A DNA stretch of 64,000 nt. It comes from Mobula birostris (lineage: Eukaryota). The stretch lies in NCBI RefSeq assembly GCF_030028105.1, contig NC_092374.1, positions 171,516,432 through 171,580,431 of the forward strand. Reading direction: 5' to 3'. A program made the translations under genes and the position numbers. Positions 1 to 11,999 of the stretch are shown piece after piece. The notes under the pieces were generated by a model, which saw only the letters and a list, made by a program, of their open reading frames with translations, had not been told where the DNA came from and did no database searches. Numbering within the stretch: the stretch's first letter is position 1; every line of letters begins with the position of its first letter.

Positions 1-99
1 GATAAAGGTAGATCTGTAAAATGGTCAGAGGCAGCAGATGGAATTCAACTTCTATGATTAAAGAACACAGAGAGGCAATATACGCTCAGTGACCACTTC

Positions 100-1860
100 A
101 CAGTTCAGAGTACATTCATTATCAAAGTACATGTTGTATATGCCACCATACGTAACTCTGAGATTCATTTTCTTGGGGTCATTCACAGTAAATACAAGAA
201 ACACAATAGAATCAATGAAAGACTGCACCCAATAGGATTGTCAAACAATCAATGTGCAAAGGAGAGCAAACTGTGGAATTATGAAAGAGAGAAAGAATAA
301 ATAAATAAATAAATAGATAGATAGATAGATAGATAAACAAACAAACAAACAAACAAACCAACAAGCAAGCAAGCAATAACAAGATATGAAGAGTCCTTAA
401 AAGTGACTCCATACTTGTGGGAACAGTTCAGTGATAGGGCGAGTGAAGTTATCCCCTCTGGTTCAAGAGCCTGATGGTTGAGGGGTATTAACTGTTCCTG
501 AACGTAGCAGTGTGGGTCTTGGGGCTCCTGTACCTTCTTCCTGATGGCAGAAGTGAGAAGAGAGCCTGCTGGATGATGGGAGTCCTTGGTAATGGATGCT
601 GCTTTCCTGTGACAGCTCTCCATGTAGATAAGCTCAGGAATGCTTTACCCATGATGGACTGGGCCAAATCAACTACTTTTTGTGGGATTTTCAATTCAAA
701 GGCACTGGTGTTTCCATAAAAGGTCATGATGCAACCAGTCAGTAAAGTCTCCACCACACATCTATAGAAGTTTGTCAAAGTTTTAAATGTCACGTTGAAT
801 CTTCGCAAACTTCTAAGGAAGTAGAGATACTGCTGTCCTTTCTTCATAATGGCACTTAAGTGTTGGATCCAGGACAAGTCCTCCAAAATGATAACACTGA
901 GAAATTTAGATTTTCCATCTCTGATCCCCCGATGAGGGGCATCCCTCATGGGCATCCAGTTTCCTCCTCCTGAACTCAACAATCAGCTCCTTGCTCTTGC
1001 TGACATCGAGTGAGAGGTTGTTGTTGTGGCACCACTCAGCCAGATTTCCAGTCTCCCTCCTATATGCTGACTTGTCACTACTTTGATATGGCCAACGACA
1101 ATGGTGTCATCAGCAAATTTAAACACGTACTTGGCTTCACAGTCCTTAACTATAAGTAAGTAGAGCAGGGGGGTTAAATACACAGCCCTGTGGTGCACCT
1201 ATGCTGCTAGAGGGGATATTGTTGCCAATCCAAACTGACTGGGGTCTGCAAGTGAGGAAATCAAGGATCCAATTGCACAAGGAGGTATTGAGGCCAAGGT
1301 CTTGAAGCTTATTGATTAGTTTTAAGGGGACGATAGTGTTGAATGATGAGCTGTAGTCAATAAAAGGCATCTCAATTTATGCGTTTTTGCTGTCTAGGTG
1401 TTCCAGGGTTGAGCGAAGAGCCAATGAAATGGCATCTGCTGCTGACATGCTGAGCTGGTAGGCAAATTGGAGAGGTTCCAAGTCACTTCTCAGGCAGGAG
1501 TTGATACGTTTCATAACCACCTCTCAAAGCACTTCATCACAGTGGATGCACGTAAGTGCGACTGGACAATAGTCATTGAGGCTGGTTATCACATTCTCCT
1601 TAGGCACCGATATAAATTGAAGCCTGGTCGAAGTAGGTCAGTATCTCATACTGCCGACGTGAGAGGTTAAAGATATCGGAGAACACTGCAGCCAGTGGAT
1701 CAGCACAGGTCTTCAGTGGTCGGCCAGGTACCCCGTCTGCACGGGAAGCTTTCCATGGCTTCATGTTGGCCTCAGAGACTGAAATCACAGGTCATCGGGG
1801 ATATGGGAGTTTGTGAAGGTTCCTCAGTGTTTTCTTTTGAACCACAGTGACATGTTGCGG
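100..1860 (-). mobile_element. Rex1/Babar-type LINE, 5'-truncated and frameshifted (RT plus 3' UTR)
   Basis: Consecutive minus-strand ORFs with [55 protein letters not shown]; 3' UTR ends near 100. Confidence 0.9.
296..375. repeat. Compound tetranucleotide microsatellite (AAAT)(AGAT)(AAAC)(AAGC)
   Basis: Visible directly, inside the Rex1 3' UTR. Confidence 0.95.
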
Positions 1861-2559
1861 GCTGCTTACTCTCTATTCGGCACACCTGTACACCTGCTCG
1901 TTAATGCAAATATCCGATCAGCCAATTGTGTGGCAGTAACTCAATGCACAAAAGCATGCAGACAAGGTCAAGAGGCTCAGTTGCTGTTCAGACTAAACAT
2001 CAGAATGGGGAAGAAATGTGATCTAAGTGACTGTGACGGTGGAGTGATTGTTGGTGCCAGATGGAATGGTTTAAATATCTCAGAAACTGCTGATCTCCTG
2101 AGTATTTCACGCACGACTGTCTACAAAGTTTACAGAGAATAGTGTGAAAAACAAAATAACACCCGGTAAGCAGCAGTTCTGAGGGTGAAGATGCCTTATT
2201 AATGAGTGAGGTCAGACTCGCTCAAGCTGACAGGAAGGCGACAGTGACCGTGTGTTGGAACAACGATGTGCAGAAGAGCAACTCTGAATGCCCGACTCGG
2301 CGAAGCTTGAAGTGGGTGGGCTACAACAGCAGACAACCACACCAGATTCCACCCCCAACTTAATAAAGTGGCCACTGAGTGCAGTTTACTGCTCAAAGTG
2401 GTACAGCACGAAAGTGTGCATTGAACCCAGGCAGGTGCCTGAACACAAGCTTTGTGGGTGGAAAACAGACATTTGTAAAGGATTTTGATGCTGGGCTCCG
2501 TAAACAGGAGCACAGAAAACAAACACAGGGACGTTCTGAGGAACCAGTATAAACCACTG

Positions 2560-3610
2560 GAACATTAGACATAAAACATTACAACACAGTTCACAATGTT
2601 GTGCCAACTTTTTAACTTACTCTAAGATCAATCTAACCCTTCCCTCCTACATAGCACTCCAGTTTTTGTATCACCCATGTGCTTATCTGAGAGTCTCTTA
2701 AAGGCTTCTAATGTATCAGCCTCTGCCACCGTTTCTGGCAGTGTGTTCCACACACCCACCACTCTGTGTGGTCACAAGAACACACAAGAACACAAGAAAT
2801 AAGAGCAGGAATAGGCCATCCAGCCCATCAAGCCTGCCCCACCATTCAATAAGATCATGGCTGATCTGTCCGCAAACTCAGCTCTATCTACCTGCCCTTT
2901 CCCCATAACCCTTAATTCCCCTACTATGTAAAAATCTATCTAAATGTATCTTAAATATATTTAGTGAAGAAGCCTCAACTGCTTCCCTGGGCCACAGATT
3001 TACCACTCTCTGGGGAAAACAGTTTCTCCTCATCTTCATCCTAAATCTTCTCCCCTGAATCTTGAGGCAATGTCCCCTAGTTCTAGTCTCACCTACCAAT
3101 GGAAACAACTTTCCCACTTCTATCTTAGCTATCCCTTTCAAAATTTTCTATGTTTCTATAAGATCCCTCTCATTCTTCTGAATTTCAGAGAGTATAGTCC
3201 CAGGCGACTCAATCTCTCCTCATAGGTTAACCCCTTCATCTCTGGATGAACTTACAAACTTACTTCTGGCATTCACCACCACCCCCCCAAAATTTCCTCC
3301 AATCGTCTTAAAATTATTCCCCTCATATTAGCCATTTCCATCCTGGGGGAGAAAAGTTTCTGGCTGTGCATTCAATCTATGCTCTTATCATCTCGTACAC
3401 CTCTGTCACCTCTCACCCTTCTTCACTCCAAGGAGGAAACCCCTTGCTCGTTCATCCTATCCTCATAAAATGTACCCTCTAATCCAGGGATCATCCCGGT
3501 AAATTGCCTCTGCACCCTCTCTAAAACTTCCACATCCTTTGTACAATGAGGTGACCAGAATTGAAGTGTGGTCTAACTGGGCTTTTATAGAGCTGAAACA
3601 ATGCTTTGAA
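2560..3610 (-). mobile_element. Old CR1 LINE 3' end with a younger CR1 3' end (~2774-3250) nested in it
   Basis: ORF 2884..3141 LFPLVGETRTRGH..FPQRVVNLW; short tandem tail (aagaacac)n at ~2775. Confidence 0.85.
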
Positions 3611-3739
3611 TGTTGTTCACCACACCAGGTGGGCGTCGGGAGGTTTGCTGGGATGGTTTCTGGGATGTGGGAAGACTGCAGCGGAGAAAAACCTTTAGAT
3701 GTACTTTCAGAAGTATCCTGACCGATTGCAGTGTGGCCT

Positions 3740-4245
3740 AGTACAGCAATCCCAATGCAACGGAACACAGGTGACTGCAGAGTAGTGAACGCAGCCCAGT
3801 CTATCTCCTCACCACTAACAGCATCTACAGGAGGCGCTGCCTCAAGGTGCCACCTCTCATCGATGTTCCCCACCATCCCTGCCCTCTCCTCACTGCTATT
3901 GTTGGTCAGGAGGTACAGAAGCCTGAAGTCCCACGCCATCCAGTTCAGGAACAGTAACTTTTCCATGATCATCAGATTTCACACCTCTGACCCTAGCTCA
4001 GCAACAGAACACTACAGATCACCTCTTACACCACCATGGAGCTGTCTCTGATTGTGTCTTTTGCACTAATGTTCCGTTTTGCAGTCTTTTCATTGTTCAC
4101 TGTCTTGTATAATTTATGTATATGTTATGCTCTGTTGTGTTGCCTGAACCTCTGTGCCTGTGACGCTGCAGTAAGCAAGATTTTCCTTGTACCCGTACCT
4201 CACCGTACTTGTGCACAATAAACTCAACTTGACCTGATTTGACCT
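3740..4245 (+). mobile_element. Rex1/Babar LINE 3' end
   Basis: RRYRSLKSHAIQFRNS motif; aataaa followed by a ttgac(c/t) repeat tail. Confidence 0.8.
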
Positions 4246-4869
4246 CAGCATGGGAAGAACCTTCCTCATGGTAGGTGGTACATAGAGGTACAAGAGGAAT
4301 CTGAGGAAAACTGATTTATCTGTGCCGAGGGTGCTTTGAATCGGAAATTTGCTGCTTGTCAGAGGGTGGAAACGGACAGTCTGGGCACTGCAGGGCAGTG
4401 GGCAATCCCAGCAAAGACCCGACGGGCCGAACAGTCCCACATTACAGCATGACACAGAGCACAGAGACACTTCGGATTGATGGCAGGTGACTTTCACATT
4501 CAGACAGAGATCAAACAGCAGGGGAGATCAGTAGTTTCCACAGGTAGCAGGTAGCAACAGAAACCAGGACAGCCAGCTTCACACTGTGACGTCTTTTCCC
4601 TGATTGTACTAGTTTAAGAAAGCCCCGGTAAGATCCAATTATAAAAGTAATTAGTAGTTATCTGTTGTCCCTCTTAGCCTCTGTCAGCTTCTATTAATAG
4701 ATTCCATAATAGGCTTCTGACGTCGCTGTGGTAACTGCGGACGCCACATTGACAGACAGTTTTTAATGAGGTGGGACTCCTAGTTAGCCTTTCAGGAGCA
4801 CTACTTTCAGTTTTCCCCACAACCCTAGTGCCAAAAAAACAGCTATGTACACTTTATGGCAGCCTTAAG

Positions 4870-5685
4870 AGTAAGACAGCAGAACGTTATTTAAAGGAAG
4901 GGACGTTACAGTGCAGCGGGATCTGGGTGAACTTGTAGGTGAAGCCGTCAGTGTCCAGTCCTGGCAAGTAATTCCGAAGGCAAATGAAACATCAGGAGCG
5001 GGAGAGTACGGAAGTTGGGGAGGCCTTACCAGACTGGTACCGGGCCATAATGAGACCATTACTGAAGAAGGGTTGTGTCTGCACTGAAGGCAGTGCAGGG
5101 AAGATTTATTGGCTCCACTCCTGGGTTGTGGGGATTAATGTGCGGAGAGAAGCTGAGCATCTTAGGCCTTTATTTGTGGGAGTTTAGTAGACTGAAATGT
5201 GTAAGGCTCCGGGGACAACACACAATCTGCTGTCAGAACTCAGTGGGTCGAGCAGAGGAAAGAGATGATTGATATTTTGTGTTGAAATCCTGATGCAGAT
5301 GTTCCTAATTCCTTCCCCTCCCCACATCCCAACAGATGCTGCTCCACCCACTGAGTTCTTCTAGAGTCTGTGTTGTGCTTCAGCTTCCAGTATCTAAAGT
5401 CCCTTACGTCTCCAAGGTTCTGCAGGGAATTGGCCGGGTGGGTGCTTTCCCCTCATGATCTAGAACCTTTTCAACGCCATGGACCGATACCATTAAGCAA
5501 TGGGTCCACGAACCCCAGGTTGGGAACCCCCAATCTAGAACATGGAGACTCGCTTCAGAATAAGGGGCTGGCTTTTAAAATAGGGTGAGGGACTTCCTTC
5601 TCACACCCTCCCCCACCCCGCCGAGGCTGAAGAATCTTTGGAATTTTCTACCTCAGGAAGTTGTGGAGGTCTGTCACTGCATTTA
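4870..5685 (+). mobile_element. Decayed CR1 fragments hosting an old PLE fold-back (~5213-5410) and a hAT MITE
   Basis: Degenerate QRDLG, VQGRF, LGLYLWEF and NLWNFLPQ motifs. Confidence 0.65.
5466..5532. mobile_element. hAT (Charlie/Buster-like) MITE with deleted left TIR
   Basis: Right end aggttgggaacccc; 8-bp TSD atctagaa at 5458-5465 and 5533-5540 matches the NTCTAGAN target preference. Confidence 0.65.
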
Positions 5686-6231
5686 CTCAAAGTTCAAAGT
5701 AAATGTCACTACTTCCTACCCTGAGATTGATTTTCTTGTGGTCATTTGCAGTAGACCAAAGACATTCAATAGAGTCAGTGAGAAACCACACACAAAGAGT
5801 GACGGCCAAGGTGTAAAGGAAGATAAACTGTGACAAAAAATAATATTGTGAACGCAAGTTGTAGAATCTTTGAAAGTGAGTCAATAGGTCGTGGAATTAT
5901 CTACAGTTTATCCCACAGTTTACCTCAAGGCTGCGATAGAGTCGATAATCAACAGCGGGGGATCAGGGCGAAAGGGCACATGGTCTTACTAATTGATCGA
6001 AGAGGTTAGAGGAGTGAATGCCAGTCTCCTGCTTCTGACTCTTGCGGTCTGATCCCAATGCAGCAAAACATCCAGCAGCATCTCAAAGGACCAAGCTCAG
6101 AAAAAGGTTGATTCGCAGGGAATGCTCAGGCAAGATTTCAAAACCTTTTTTTTGTTTAAACACAGTTGTTGATACCTGGGACTTGCCACCTGAGAGGGTA
6201 GTGGGGTCCGACACAAATACTACGTTCAAGA

Positions 6232-6378
6232 AACACACATAAAAATTGCTGGTGAACGCAGCAGGCCAGGCAGCATCTATAGGAAGAGGTACCTCCCATA
6301 GATGCTGCCTGGCCTGCTGTGTTCACCAGCAATTCTTATGTGCGTTGCTTGAAATTCCAGCATCTGCAGATCTCCTCG
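6232..6378. mobile_element. Penelope-like pLTR-derived fold-back insertion
   Basis: Near-perfect inverted arms (tgctggtgaacgcagcaggccaggcagcatctat) plus a 3' tail; 14-bp TSD tactacgttcaaga/tactacatgcaaga (6218-6231, 6379-6392). Confidence 0.85.
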
Positions 6379-6829
6379 TACTACATGCAAGAGGTTTTTT
6401 TTTAGGTAGACTGTCTCTCTTTCTGCCCTTTGCTCTTTTACAATGCTTCTTAAGATCAATTTTCTTGGTAAAGTCAGAGTGATGCAGCACAGAAACAAGC
6501 TCATGGCTTGTAACTGTGGAACGGAACATCAGAGAAAGCACGTTTGAAGAAATCCCTAATGCACATAATCCTCTAAAAGCAATGCTACTACAGAGGGGAA
6601 AAAAAAAATTCCCATTCTGATACAAGAAGTGCACAGGTCTAGCTCTAATTGCAGCTTTTAGTACACTACATCCCAATTCATTCAAACCTTCCAAAGAATT
6701 TTACATCATCTGACTGAATTTGAAGCAAAGACACAGTGGGCAGTTGTGCAATAGTCCTGTCATGGAGGGGGGATTTGAGGAGGGTCAAGTGATGAAGGAG
6801 GGGCAGAGATTTAGGGAAGCAATTGTGCA

Positions 6830-7710
6830 TCATCCCTATCCCTCCGTTCCCCTCATACTCATGTGTCTATCTAAAAGCACCTTAAGCTCCACCAAGCTGC
6901 TTGCTTCCACTACTACTCACAGTAACCCATTCTGGACACCCGCCTGGAAAACGAACCTGCCCCCTCTAACCTTAAAAGCATGCCCACTAGTGTTTGACAT
7001 TTCTACCCCGGGAAAAGATTCTAATTGTCTATCTTATCGAAGCCTCTCACAAGGTTAAGCACCTTTATCGGGCCTCCTCTCAGCCTCCAATGCTGTAGAG
7101 AGAGCAACGCAAGTTTGACCCGCCTCTCCTTCCAGCTCATGAAAGCAGCATCCTGGTAAACCTCTTCAGCACCCTCTCCACGGTCTCCACATCATTCCTA
7201 GAGTGGCCTGAGCAGAATGCACACAATGCCATAAATGCGGTCTAACTAAAGTTTTATACAGTTACCGCATGACTTCCTTACTCTTATACGCCTACCAACG
7301 AACGCTACCAACACCCCTACGTACGCCTACGTACGCCTACGTACCCCAACGTACGCCTACCAACACCCCTACCAACGAAGACCAGTAATCCATACCACTT
7401 TATCCACCTGTGTAACCACTTTCAGTAAACCTTTGCTCCAGGAACCCACAGATCCACCTGTACCTCGACGCTATAAGGGTCTACCATTAACTAAATATTT
7501 TCTCCTTTCTTTTGATGTCCCAAAGTGCAACATCTCACACTTGCCCATGTTAAACCCGATCAGCCATATCACTAACAGATCTATATCCTGATGTATTCTT
7601 TTGATAGTTCTTGACACTGTCCACAACTCCTCCAATTTGGTGTCATCTACAAACTTACTAATCCACCCATTTACATTTTCATCCAAATCATTAATATGAT
7701 TTATAAAGCA
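6830..7710 (-). mobile_element. CR1 LINE RT/3' fragment
   Basis: INDLDENVNGWISKFVDDTKL and FNMGKCEMLHFG (ORF 7471..7836). Confidence 0.85.
7287..7380. repeat. Scrambled short tandem duplication (cctac/gtacg/caac units) inside CR1
   Basis: acgcctaccaac, acccctac and gtacgcctac repeated. Confidence 0.8.
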
Positions 7711-7899
7711 GCTCCTGGAGTCAACACCGAGGATTGAGGCCCGGGGGATTAACTGGAAGGCCAGAAATTGAGGCCTGTTGGCCAGAGCCTGAATCTGCAA
7801 ATCTCTATAAGTCTGCAGGGGTAGTCGAAAGCCCATTGTCTGCTTATCCCAGTCTGCTGTTTGCTAGAGGCTGAAGAAGATGGCTTGTCCTGGGGTTCG

Positions 7900-8213
7900 T
7901 GTCAGGAAATATAGAGGAGGAGTGACACAAAAGTAGAACAGCAGAGGCAATTTAGCGGTGAGCAACAACTTTAATAATAAACTGCAAAATAACAGGACAC
8001 AAGGAGCCACAAGACAAGAGAGAACAGATGCTTAGCACAAGGCAACACGGTAACTGAAGGCTAGCAGCAACTGGTTGAGGCTGGCTAGTTCGAATGACTG
8101 AACAAAGATTATGGATGAGAGCTGCATTTAAATAGGTTGCAGGTATGAGTTGGAAGTAAGTGGCAGGTGATTCCTGTATAGATTGAGAGGTGCCTGCCTG
8201 TGCTGGAATGACA
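7900..8213 (-). repeat. 3' LTR of the chromovirus (314 bp)
   Basis: TGTCA...TGACA inverted ends; purine tract just upstream on the minus strand; TATA-like and attaaa signals. Confidence 0.8.
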
Positions 8214-8859
8214 GGACACCTCCCTCATACAGTCAGCCTAGGGTGATCTGGATGGGTCCAGTGGAACACCTCGATGATCAATGGATCCAAGATGACACTA
8301 GGTGGCAGCCAAAACTTCTCCGGGCTGTGCGCTTCCCGGTCAACTGGATACTGCACACCCCATCCCTGATGATATGAATCCATCAACCAGCGGACTGTGA
8401 ACACTGTCTGGAGATACAGGCTCAGATGATTTGAGTGGTCCATGAACAATGGACTTGAGGCAGGGCTCATGGAAGGCAGGTGTGATCTTGGGGGACAGTG
8501 GCAGCTGGAGATGGTAAGTAACTGGACTGATGGAGTCGGGAATTTTGAAGGAACAGTAAAATGGGGTGAGAGTTCATGAGAGCAGGGGCAGATCTAGGGT
8601 GGACAGCTAGTCATGGGCCCTGGGCAAATAGTCTGTCTGGGTATTGCCGTTGATTTGCCAGGTGGCAGTAGGCACAGTTTGCAGCTAGAATGGCTCACCG
8701 TGCCCTCTTCCAAGCATAACAGCAGCAGTGGACCAGGGCACTGGTGGAAAGGACCTCCACTGCTAGTTCTTCTACAGGGAATAACTGGAGTTAGTAGCTA
8801 TCGAGCACTTCAAAGGCTGACATATCCGAGGTTCAGGAGGTGTGTAGATTCTGGAACAT

Positions 8860-9822
8860 GGCAGAGTTGACTGGCAGAGGCAAAGAGTTGGGATAAAGAG
8901 GGTCTTTTCCGATTAGCTCTGGTGACTAATAGTGTTCCACAGGGGTTGGTGTTGGGACTGCTTCTCTTCATGTTATATGTCAATGATTTGGATTACTGAA
9001 TTGATGGCTTTGTGGTCAAGTTTGTGGACCATACAAAGATTGGTGGAGGAAAAAGTAGTGTCGAGGAAGCAGGGAGTCTTCAGAAGGATTTAGAGAGATT
9101 GGGAAAATGGGCAAAGAAGTGGCAGATGGTATAATGTGTAGAGAAGTGTATGGGCATGAACTTTGGTAGAAGGAATCAAGGCATAGACTATTTTCTAGAT
9201 GGAGAGAAATTCAAAAATCAGAAAAGTCAATGGACTTTGAATCCTTGTGCAGGATGCCGTAAAGGTAAACTTATGGGTTATGTTGGTGGTAAGGAAGATA
9301 AAACTCAAAACTCTGTTGCCTTGCAGCTATACCCATTCATTAGGAAGACTTGAGAGTAAACCCAAGGAAAAATCCAGAGCTGGAGTCTTTTAGTTAGTCC
9401 TTTGTTGAGTTCAATGCTCACTGGCAACTCCTGCAACACCACTGGTGCCAAGCTGTACTAATCTCTGCCGTTCCTTTGGATTCATCAGATGCATGAAGTC
9501 TCCCCTTCATATCATATCATATCATACTGCCCTGGGTGCATATCATATAGACATCTGGGACACAACATCCATGGTCAATCCCAACCAACCGAGGGCCTCA
9601 AGTGAATCTGTGGAATTCATTGCCATAGACAGCTATGATGGCCAAGCCTCTGAGTGTATTTAAAGCAGAGGTTGATAGGCTTCTGATTAGACAAGGTGTC
9701 AAAGGTTACGGGGAGAAGGCAGGAGAATGGGGTTGCCAGGGATAATGAATCAGTCATGATGGAATGGCAGAGCAGATTCGATAGGCCGAAAGGGCTAATT
9801 CTGCTCCTATGTGTTATGGTCT
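8860..9822 (+). mobile_element. CR1 LINE (RT and 3' end) inserted in the Gypsy element
   Basis: VPQG..LG, YVNDLD, KFVDHTKIGG, WAKKWQM; typical CR1 3' UTR. Confidence 0.85.
9311..9600 (-). mobile_element. RTE-clade 5'UTR-like fragment
   Basis: Shares ggtgccaagctgta and atccatggtc blocks with 41592-41795; resembles RTE 5' regions from memory. Confidence 0.45.
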
Positions 9823-10897
9823 CGGCTCTTTCTGGCTGTTTTTTTGTTCTGCGGATGATAGTCAGACTTCAGACTCAATGAGGTTCAGAAGAGGGAGCAG
9901 ATGGCTCGCCAGAAGCGTGGAAAAACTGTGGGCTCCGATCCAACTGAATGTCCTGGGGGAAGCCATGGAGGCACACTAAGTATTGCAGAACTTGGTCCGC
10001 TGGTTCAGTGGCTCACGTTAGTTTATAGGCTGCCTTGAGGCCCTGTCGTGGTCACCATGGCCCCATCGGAATGTGGCAAATCCACGATGAGATTCATGGT
10101 GATGGGGGACCATGAGTGTCGAGGGACCAGGAACGTGGCAGGAGCCCCCAGAGAGTCACTGGTTGGAGGAATTGGACTTAGCACATTGAGGGAAGGCAGT
10201 GACGAAATGACGTATATCTGCAGTCATAGTGGGCCACCAGAAAGCAGCATTGCAGAAAATCCAGGATCCATGGTGTGCCTGGATGACTGGAGAGGGGTGA
10301 GGTACGGGCCCACAGGCACGCCTCACACTGCATGGCCGTCGGCATGTACCTCCACTGGTTGATGTGTCAGCCAGAGCAGGCTCGTGCTGTAGGGCCTAGC
10401 GGATCTGGTTCTCACTGGGAGGATGGAATGATGGGCTGAGGGTCAATCTCCATTCCAGTCGGGTCACTGGGAAATGCATGACAGGGGAATCCGCCCTTGT
10501 GCTCTTGAAGCCAGGTTGGTAGGAGCTAATGAAGCTGAATTGATCGAAGAAGAGGGCCCAGCGAGCCTCGGGCCTGTGGACTGGGTAGGGGGTTCTGGTG
10601 GTGAGTCCAGATCAGGTAGGGCTTGGTTTTCCTCTCAGCCAACGCCTCCATTCCTCCAAGGCCTATCTGATGGTGAGCAGACAATGAGGGTGGACATACC
10701 TGTGCAGTGTGGCTCAGAGGTTCTTGTCGATGAAGATGGTTGGACGGTTGGAAGGTCTGAAAGGCTTCGCTGAGTATTCGTAGTGGCCAGTGGGTGTTAG
10801 GAACACCCATTCCCTGGCAGATGCAGATCAAGTTGAACCACTCCATAGATCCAGTTCAGTGAAGATCCGGCAGAGTGTTTCAAATACAGGCCTGACA

Positions 10898-11145
10898 GTT
10901 AGAGGGCTGTACATAGGAGTGGGTGGGATGGAGAAATGGGGCTTGATTGGCTGCTGCTATTTTGTTGCATGTTGCCCTCTGTGTTGTTCTGCAGACCACT
11001 GTGGGCATGCTGGAATTTATGGTGACACTTGTGGGCTGCTGCCAGCACGCCTTGGGTGTGTTGGCCGTTAACACAAATATCACATTTCTCTATATGTTTT
11101 GATGCACCCATGATAAATAAATTTGAGTCTTTAATCTTGAATATT
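10898..11145 (+). mobile_element. Rex1-type 3' UTR/tail (5' part at ~7715-7899), split by the Gypsy insertion
   Basis: Joined halves are collinear with the copy at ~55740-56260; aataaa plus (tcttgaa)-like tail. Confidence 0.65.
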
Positions 11146-11999
11146 ATAACAAACAACAGAAGTGCCAGCTCTAGTTCCTGAGGAACACCACTGGCCACAG
11201 ATCTCCAGCTAGACCATCAGCCTTCCACCTTACAATGTTACTAACGATTCCTCTCCCTCTTCCCTCACCGCAGATTACAGTTCCTGTCTCAGCTGTTGTT
11301 CTGCTTCTATTTATCTCCCTCCCTCTCTCATTTCAGCACTCTATTTCACTCCCTGCAACTATCTCTTCCTTCTTCTTGTCCCAACGACGCCCCGTGTGTG
11401 CACATCTGCAGCCTGTCTGGTTATTGCATAGATTCCGACTCTGTCTATAGAAATATCCATGATTCACAATATTTACACTGTCTACATTTGTTCTCCAACA
11501 CCCCCATCCCCCTCCCCAGAACCTCAATTGACTTCAACAGCCCAGCTGATGATTAGACTCAAGGGAGGCCAGGTCAGCACCATGAAGCTACTCACTGTTT
11601 GTTCAGTAAATGGCCATGAAAAGACACCAACACCTTCAGTCCTGAATCAGAGGCAGCTGGTAAATGGAATTAAAATGTTCCAACAATTACAGAAGACAGG
11701 TAATTGGCAGTAGTAACACCTATCACCTTGTGACAATGGCAACCTATTGTTTAGCATGATTCTAGCAAACATGAAATCTTGTGCTTTAGCTTGTGATTTA
11801 ATTTAAAAGGACTTCAAAAACGGGAGGTGGATGAGGCCATTCAGCCCTTTGGCTGATTCTATGCTTCATCTTCCATCCTGCCCAATTCCCAGATCCTCTG
11901 AATGTCCCTGAGTTGAATACACCCAGCCATGGCAATACTGTTGAGAGGTTGCACCCAGTCAGGCGAATGCGCAGAGATGTAAGAAGCAATGGTGAGAGG

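Larger units (their letters stand above)
82..2381 (+). mobile_element. Tc1/mariner non-autonomous element whose left TIR is split by a Rex1 LINE insertion
   Basis: TIR start acgctcagtgaccactt (82-98) continues as tattcggcacacctgtacacc at ~1874; paired-HTH peptide MGKKCDLSDCDGGVIVGAR...ISETADLL (ORF 1813..2142); right TIR taataaagtggccactgagtg ends at 2381. Confidence 0.8.
7900..10897 (-). mobile_element. Ty3/Gypsy chromovirus (sushi-like) LTR retrotransposon, internally deleted, interrupted by CR1 and an RTE-like piece
   Basis: Chromodomain FTVRWLMDS..GVQYPVDREAHSPEKFWLPPSVILDP (8225..8470); GPY/F-like FKI..ISPVTYHLQLP; integrase LHGFPQDI..DRSPQF and SWSPITMNLIVDLP; RNase H ALEEWRRWL and WALFFDQFSF; TGTCA termini; TSD gttcg/gttag. 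Confidence 0.85.

Noticed and set aside
9460-9495. CUGAUGA plus hairpin on the minus strand as another hammerhead
   Set aside because: No GAAA after the stem and no stem I or NUH site
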